Assembly (NCBI GenBank): GCA_027036135.1
Contig: JALVSY010000030.1
Span: 32,001-96,000, forward strand
Length of the DNA stretch: 64,000 bases
Direction: 5' to 3'
Origin: Pyrodictiaceae archaeon
GTDB taxonomy: Archaea; Thermoproteota; Thermoprotei_A; Sulfolobales; Pyrodictiaceae
The translations under genes were made by a program, and so were the position numbers. The notes under the pieces are model-generated. The model was not told the origin of the DNA. It saw only the letters and a program-made list of their open reading frames with translations, and did not search any database. Of the stretch, positions 58,234 through 64,000 are shown one piece after another. Position 1 is the stretch's first letter. Each line of letters starts with the position of its first letter.

Positions 58234-59574
58234 TTAGCGCAATATAATAACTATATCGTTAACATTAATTCCTGTATAGCCTCCTGTATCAACAATACTC
58301 CTTATTGCCAAGAAGAACCCATAGCTATCATTGTCGTTGAGGTACCTGGTGATAGAGAGCCCCTTCCTCGCAGCCTCCCTCGCCACGATGTTGTCTATTA
58401 CCGCGCCCGCTACCGGGCTAACTCCGTCAACTCCATCCGTCCCCATGCAAAGCGCTGTGTATCCTGGCTCCTCGCCTAGGCTGGTTGTTGCACCGAGTAT
58501 CGCTAGGCATAGCTCCTGGTTTCTACCACCGACACCTCTCCCTCGAACAGTTACCGTTGTCTCGCCCCCGAGTAGGACAGCTTCCCTTCTTCCTAGCTCC
58601 TCTGCTATGCCTGCAACCAGCCCTGCTACCTGGCGTGCCTCGCCGCGCACCCTACTAGTCAGCACAATTGCCCTATACCTCATTAATACTAGGTAGTCCC
58701 TTGCTGCCTCTAGGACGTCTCGGTTACGAGCAACAATCTTGCTCTCAACGTGGATGTCTCGTCGAGGAGCTGGTCTCTTCTCAGCAGCTTTTCGTAGCAG
58801 AGGTATGTACTTATCTAGCCCGTATCGCTTCAGTATATTTTCCGCTTCAGCGAGCCCTGGTTTACACCAGGGTACTGTTGGGCCCGAAGCTATGTAGCAA
58901 AGATCGTCTCCTACGACATCGCTCATAACTAGGTTAACAAGCGTGTCTACCCTGGTGTAGCTGAGCAATCCACCAGCCTTTGTGCAGGAAAGCAGTGATC
59001 TCACAGTATTCAGCTCGTAGATACTGGTTCCTCTCTTCATGAGCTCCCTTGTTAGCTCTGCTATCTCCTCGATGCTGCCTGTGCATGGTTTCTCTACGAG
59101 CGCGCTCCCGCCCCCGGATACGAGGAATAATAACGCCGCGCCTGGAGGAACCGCTTGGAGAAACTCTATGAGCTTCTCGGCGGCCTCTACACTACGCTGC
59201 GAGGGCAACGGGTGATCAGAATGATATACCTCTATAGGACCCGGTGATGAGGGAAAGCCCCTAGGCGTTACCACTAAGCCTGCCTCTACTCGCTCTGGAA
59301 TAGTACTCAGTACTGCCTGGGCCATGGTATAGGCTGCTTTTCCCAGCCCAGCCACATATACCGGCCTATCGCCCAGGATTCCCCTTAGACTCTTGAGCGC
59401 CTCAGGAACAGTATTGCAGGGGTAGACTCTACGTAGGCCGTGCTCTGCTGCACCTAGTATTAGTCTGCGTTGCTCTGTTACGCCTAGCTCGTCACTGTTC
59501 TTTATGAATCGGCCTGGTACACTGCACTCAGCTCTGTTCATGCCCTGGATGCCTCCCCGAGGCTCTTTATCCAC
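58234..59574 (-). CDS. glycerate 2-kinase (MOFRL family)
   Basis: GKAA, HPLPS, SGGGSAL, SDVVGDD...IASGPT, GGETTV, GGRNQE, GTDGVDG, TGINVND. Confidence 0.93.
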   Translation of the reverse strand: MDKEPRGGIQGMNRAECSVPGRFIKNSDELGVTEQRRLILGAAEHGLRRVYPCNTVPEALKSLRGILGDRPVYVAGLGKAAYTMAQAVLSTIPERVEAGLVVTPRGFPSSPGPIEVYHSDHPLPSQRSVEAAEKLIEFLQAVPPGAALLFLVSGGGSALVEKPCTGSIEEIAELTRELMKRGTSIYELNTVRSLLSCTKAGGLLSYTRVDTLVNLVMSDVVGDDLCYIASGPTVPWCKPGLAEAENILKRYGLDKYIPLLRKAAEKRPAPRRDIHVESKIVARNRDVLEAARDYLVLMRYRAIVLTSRVRGEARQVAGLVAGIAEELGRREAVLLGGETTVTVRGRGVGGRNQELCLAILGATTSLGEEPGYTALCMGTDGVDGVSPVAGAVIDNIVAREAARKGLSITRYLNDNDSYGFFLAIRSIVDTGGYTGINVNDIVIILR

Positions 59575-59663
59575 GTCGAGACCGTTTACATAGGCTCCTC
59601 CGTCATGAGAGAGGCACGGGTTTTCTACTACCTTGTTCTTATCATTCCCCGAGGAGACGGTTC

Positions 59664-60639
59664 ATGGAGTACACGGAGCTAGGTAGGACTGGGCTACGGG
59701 TCTCGCGGATAGGGCTGGGCGCCTGGCAATTCACGGAGGCTTGGGGCCTAACGGAGTATGCTAAGGCCCGCGAGGTCGTGAAGAGAGCACTTGAGCACAG
59801 GATAAACTTCTTCGATACCGCTATGGTGTACGGGCTTGGCATGAGCGAGACCTTTCTCGGAAGAGCACTAAGAGAGGCAGGTGCTAAGCGCGATGAGATC
59901 GTGGTCTCAACCAAGATTCCCGGCGAGTTCCTCAACCCAGGCGACATCTACAAGGCCATTGAGAAGAGCTTGAAGAACCTCGGCTTCAGCTACGTCGATA
60001 TATTGCTTGCTCACTGGCCCCCCTGCTGGCACAACTTCCCTACATGCGAGTATGCGAGAGCGCTTGAAAAAGCTAGTAGAGCTCGGCAAGGTAGGCTACC
60101 TAGGCCTAAGCGACTACCCCGTCGAACTCATCGAGGCGTTTCGACACTGCCTGGCAAGGCACGATGTACAGGTGCTGCAGCTGCGCTACAACCTGGTTGA
60201 GAGATGGGCTGAGAAGCAGCACATACCCTATGCTGAGAGGCACGACATGAGCGTACAGGCTTGGAGCCCGATAGCTAAGGGAGCGTTAACGGGCAAGTAC
60301 GAGCTAGGTAAGCTCGAGTTCCAGGACATTAGGGCCCGGGAACCAATATTTCACCCAGAGAACTACTCCAAGGTGTGAAGACTGGTTGAGCTTCTAAGAG
60401 AGATAGGGAAAAGGTACAACAAGAAGCCAGTACAGGTAGCGCTTAACTGGCTAATAATGAGTAGCCCTGCTGTAATACCAATACCTGGCGCAAAGAGACC
60501 CGAGCAAGTAGATGACCTGGTAGGAGCAACCGGGTGGAGACTAAGCTATAGTGATTGGCGCCTACTAGAGGAGGAGTCTAGGCGGATAGAGATTAGCTAC
60601 TCGGTGTTTTACCGGGAGAAAAAGACCGAGATAAAGTAG
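59664..60639 (+). pseudogene. aldo/keto reductase with one frameshift and one in-frame TGA
   Basis: DTAMVYG, STK, AHWP, GLSD, WSPIAKG.LTGKY, IPIPGAK; extra A in run 60067-60071, TGA at 60376-60378. Confidence 0.85.
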
Positions 60640-60676
60640 GAGGCCATGGAGCAGTAGCTATATTGGATAATTCTAT

Positions 60677-61402
60677 CTATACGGATCCATGCTTTATTTT
60701 TACCTCTAAGAGGCCGCGTAGCTTGGCCCCATAGTCCGGTGGAAGCGCATGACCCTTCTCACTATAGAGTTTCAACACGTAGCCCTCATAGCCACGGAAC
60801 ATGGTAAGCATCGAGCGTAGCTCCCAAGGCTCTGGCGCACCACTTAGAACAATTACCTTGGCAGACGGTGCCTCGGCGCCCATGGTTTCCCCGAGCCCGA
60901 TGCGCTCCTCTAAGCCGAGGCTACGAGCAAGAAACACGGCCTCTTCAACACCGCCGGCATATGCGCGGTGAACAAAGGCATCAACAAGAGCTACGCGATA
61001 GCAACGCTCATCGCTCCTATGGAACCCGCCTGGGGAAGCACAGCGACCATAAATTTCCAGGAAAGCTATCCGGGACCCAGCTGCCTCGATATCAATGCCG
61101 GCATCGCTTAGGGCGTGTCTCATCCAGGGTGGTGCACGCCTACCCGACCCTGTATAGACCTTGCCGCCGTACACTATGGCTAGGTAGCCATCGAGCTTAG
61201 ACTCTAATATAGCCTCGCCACTGACTACTAGTCTCCTCTTTCTAGTGAGTCGCTTATACTCTGAGAGCGTTATGACTGGATGTAGCCGGGCCAAACGCTC
61301 CCTATCCCATTTAGAGCTATCAGCGCTCTTCCCAGAGCCCTTAATATCATTAATCGAGAAAAATAGTGCCGGGTATGCTAGTACCTTCTTTTCGGCTCTC
61401 AC
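60677..61402 (-). CDS. ATP-dependent RNA ligase-like nucleotidyltransferase domain protein
   Basis: ESKLDG (motif I), FLEIYG, LVD, EGYVLK (motif IV), VKIK (motif V). Confidence 0.72.
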   Translation of the reverse strand: MRAEKKVLAYPALFFSINDIKGSGKSADSSKWDRERLARLHPVITLSEYKRLTRKRRLVVSGEAILESKLDGYLAIVYGGKVYTGSGRRAPPWMRHALSDAGIDIEAAGSRIAFLEIYGRCASPGGFHRSDERCYRVALVDAFVHRAYAGGVEEAVFLARSLGLEERIGLGETMGAEAPSAKVIVLSGAPEPWELRSMLTMFRGYEGYVLKLYSEKGHALPPDYGAKLRGLLEVKIKHGSV

Positions 61403-61495
61403 GCAGAGACAGAACAGAGTTCACAAAGTAAGGGAAGTGAAGGAAAGAGATGCGACATCCTTTGGGAGAAAACCGAGATGTGTTCCGGAGGAGGC

Positions 61496-63463
61496 TTAGT
61501 AGTAGTACCAGATTGTCTCGTACTCCTTGGGATCATCTCCTATCTCTTCTAGTCGTTTTAAGTAGTCATATATCGGTACATCCACGTATGGCCATGGGCT
61601 TATTGGCGCTACGCCCTTCTCCCATGGATGCCATAGGTATATTCGGTTACCGTACTTCGGTGTTATTGCTATGAGTTCGCGGTCCTGCCATGCTCTTATG
61701 TGGTTCTTTCCTAGTGCTGGCACGTTGAATACTGGCTCGTCGGTACGGAATATTCCTGGGAGTAGTCGTGCCTCCTCTTTTCTCTCCTGCATTATGCGGG
61801 CTATTGGTACTAGGTAGTCTTTCTGCTCGAACTTGCCCTTAGGGTAGAAGTTGTAGTATGGATCAATACCTATTTGTTTTAGCGCTATCCTTGTCGCTAC
61901 GTAGTGGAAGCGCCTGCTTGTCCAGAACCTGAACACTTGCTGGTTGTACACGTAGATTCCTTGTTTTCTTAGCTTCTTAACTGCCTCAGCCATCTCCGGT
62001 GTTACTTCCTCTACTTCCTCAACATGTGTCACGAACGCGATGTTCCTCTTGCCCGGCTCTATGTAGCTTCCGAGCAGCTCTGCTGTCTCATCAGTTATCC
62101 TCATGGGTACTGTTACTACTATTCTGCTACCTATGCGTATATTCTTGACATGGTCTATCTGGGCTAGCTTATCGAGTATTCTTTCTAAGCGCTTCTCGCC
62201 AAGTATCATTGGCTCGCCGCCGGTCAACAACACATCTATTATCGTGTCGTGCTCCGCTATCCACTCAATTGCCTTGTCTATTCTCCAAGGCAGTATTATG
62301 CCCTCAGGGAACATTGCTGACTCTATTTCCCAGTTCCTCTGACAATAGACACAGATCTGTGGACAAGTATCGGATACCTTGATTATCACGACAAGCGGGT
62401 AGCGCCTAGTTATGAGGTCGTGTGGAGAGGTATCACCCTCCCTCATGAAGTCGAACACGTAGCGGCGGTCCTTGCGGTGCTTGATCATTGTCTCAACGTA
62501 CCAGCGAGGAGGTATCACTTGGCTCCTCACGACGGGGTCGTTCTTCCTATCAGCCCTCGTGAAGTCGAATAGGCTTAGATAGTACGGTGTTATGCCGAAG
62601 GGTATCCTATTCTCGATTGCTAGCTTAATGTTCTCAATGTCCTCCTGGGTTAGGGGCACCAGTTCTTTAAGCATCTCAACATGCTTCATTGTCTTGAATA
62701 TGTTGCGGAACTGCCAGTGATAGTCATACCAGTCGTCAAGTGTTCCTCCGAGATAGTCGAGTATCTTTTGCCTATTCTTCTTCCTCTCCTCGATTACCTT
62801 GGGATCAAGTCCGGAGCGGTACCGCTTCACGTAGTTGAGCACAAACCTGCCCATCCTGTCGAGATACTCCGAGCGTAGAAGCGCCGCCTGTCTACCACGT
62901 GAACGAAGGAACTTCAGTATAGGCTCTTCTCCTCCAAGCCTCTCGCCGAGCCACCCCATCGAGAACTTAGCTGTCCCGTGTATTGCTTTGAAGAGGTGGC
63001 GAAACTCCTCTATAAAGCCCATCCCTACCTCGTCGTATACGCTTGGATCATCCTTTGCTAACCGGTAGAGGTATTCGAGGGTACTGAATGTTGCTATTTT
63101 CTCGTTGCGCTTTGAGAGAATATTGCGGAACACATTGATGGCCTGGATTGCGAGCCAGTGATCAATTGGGTGTAGATCTATTTCGCCCTCGCGTATCTTG
63201 AACTCCCAGCTGGAGAGGTAAGCGTAAAGCTTCTTGCGAGCAGTCTCTAGGTCAGGAGCCTCCTTCAATATCTTATAGATGGCCGGGGCCTCGACCCACA
63301 TGCGCTCAACGTCTTCCCGGGTTATCGGATAGTAGCGCCAGGGAACCTCAGCAAGTATATCAACACGCGCCTCATGAATATCCTCTAGGTAATAGCGAAC
63401 CAACAAAGGCCTTCTCATATAATTTCTATTCATTCCCTCTACATTTCTTATCTCAAAAACCAT
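61496..63463 (-). CDS. KamA-family radical SAM aminomutase-like protein, long form
   Basis: DYHWQ, ITPYY, ITRRYP, CPQICVYCQR, LLTGGEP, IRIGSR, NQQV, PALGK. Confidence 0.88.
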   Translation of the reverse strand: MVFEIRNVEGMNRNYMRRPLLVRYYLEDIHEARVDILAEVPWRYYPITREDVERMWVEAPAIYKILKEAPDLETARKKLYAYLSSWEFKIREGEIDLHPIDHWLAIQAINVFRNILSKRNEKIATFSTLEYLYRLAKDDPSVYDEVGMGFIEEFRHLFKAIHGTAKFSMGWLGERLGGEEPILKFLRSRGRQAALLRSEYLDRMGRFVLNYVKRYRSGLDPKVIEERKKNRQKILDYLGGTLDDWYDYHWQFRNIFKTMKHVEMLKELVPLTQEDIENIKLAIENRIPFGITPYYLSLFDFTRADRKNDPVVRSQVIPPRWYVETMIKHRKDRRYVFDFMREGDTSPHDLITRRYPLVVIIKVSDTCPQICVYCQRNWEIESAMFPEGIILPWRIDKAIEWIAEHDTIIDVLLTGGEPMILGEKRLERILDKLAQIDHVKNIRIGSRIVVTVPMRITDETAELLGSYIEPGKRNIAFVTHVEEVEEVTPEMAEAVKKLRKQGIYVYNQQVFRFWTSRRFHYVATRIALKQIGIDPYYNFYPKGKFEQKDYLVPIARIMQERKEEARLLPGIFRTDEPVFNVPALGKNHIRAWQDRELIAITPKYGNRIYLWHPWEKGVAPISPWPYVDVPIYDYLKRLEEIGDDPKEYETIWYYY

Positions 63464-63645
63464 TTTTACACCTCCGCGCCTATAATGGAAGCAAACTCAT
63501 TATAATATTTTATTACTCTTCTTTTAAATATCAATAAGCATCAATACTCTTCCTAGAAATTCGATATTAATAAATAATTTTATATATAATTATTAAATAT
63601 ATAAGGGATAATATTAGATAAAAAGAAAAGAACGGAAACCTGCAG

Positions 63646-63693
63646 GGCCGCCGGCGGGATTTGAGCCCCGCGACCACCAGCTTACAAGGCCAG
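63646..63693 (-). pseudogene. decayed 3' half of tRNA-Thr(TGT), probable att remnant
   Basis: CTGGC-CTTGTAA-GCTGG-TGGTC-GCGGGG-CTCAAAT-CCCGC-CGGCGGC; no 5' half; mismatches and an extra base in the arms. Confidence 0.75.
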
Positions 63694-64000
63694 AGACACA
63701 AATAGAGATGTTTCGAAAAACTATGGAAGACTGAAACTTCTATGCGTAGCCGACTATCATGGCACATAGTCATGCCTGCCTACTGAAACGCTAATATGGT
63801 AAACTGGTCATCATACTAGAACTGAACAGATAGCCTGTCCGCCTCGCCCTTTGATAGGGGTGTAGAACAGGGTGCAGAGGCTCAGAGCGTTTCACGACTC
63901 CTGGCTGCTCTCCTCCAGCATGCACGCTTTCCTTGCTGGCAGGGGAGCCAGTATGTTAGGCTCCGAATCATTCATTCTGTCTGAGAGAGAAATATTAAGA

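Noticed and set aside
60376-60378. Selenocysteine readthrough of the AKR TGA
   Set aside because: Position is in a non-catalytic helix where Trp fits, the gene also has a frameshift, and no SECIS was seen.
63567-63773. 68-aa ORF as an integrase fragment
   Set aside because: Runs through the tRNA remnant but shows no integrase motifs and ends in low-complexity AT-rich sequence.

Overview
Chromosomal window from a hyperthermophilic crenarchaeon, most likely Desulfurococcales/Pyrodictiaceae-like (inferred from gene content, GC-rich intronless tRNAs and codon style). It contains five complete tRNAs (Ile-GAT, Ala-CGC, Lys-TTT, Glu-TTC, Gly-GCC), one decayed tRNA-Thr 3' half and several box C/D or H/ACA-like sRNA candidates. 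Protein-coding content includes cdc6, queC, Thg1, TrkH, a B12-radical SAM + SPASM-radical SAM pair, a [NiFe]-hydrogenase/ferredoxin/fumarase/fumarate reductase block, VapBC, type IV pilin-like genes, a SipW/TasA-like fibre operon, an RNA-ligase-like gene and a long KamA-like gene. Best leads: (1) a candidate replication origin at 37.5-38.2 kb with non-canonical inverted boxes and a keto-skew flip near cdc6; (2) a kinase-free signalling cluster (roadblock, DUF2226/PATAN-like, degenerate ODP-like, V4R-like) next to a V4R-coupled hydrogenase with altered motifs; (3) the fibre operon, with a second subunit gene hidden by an in-frame TAA; (4) two convergent, homologous C/D-like RNAs in a tRNA-Glu islet. 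At least six genes carry single-base lesions that may be assembly errors. All family assignments come from motif recognition by eye, not database searches.
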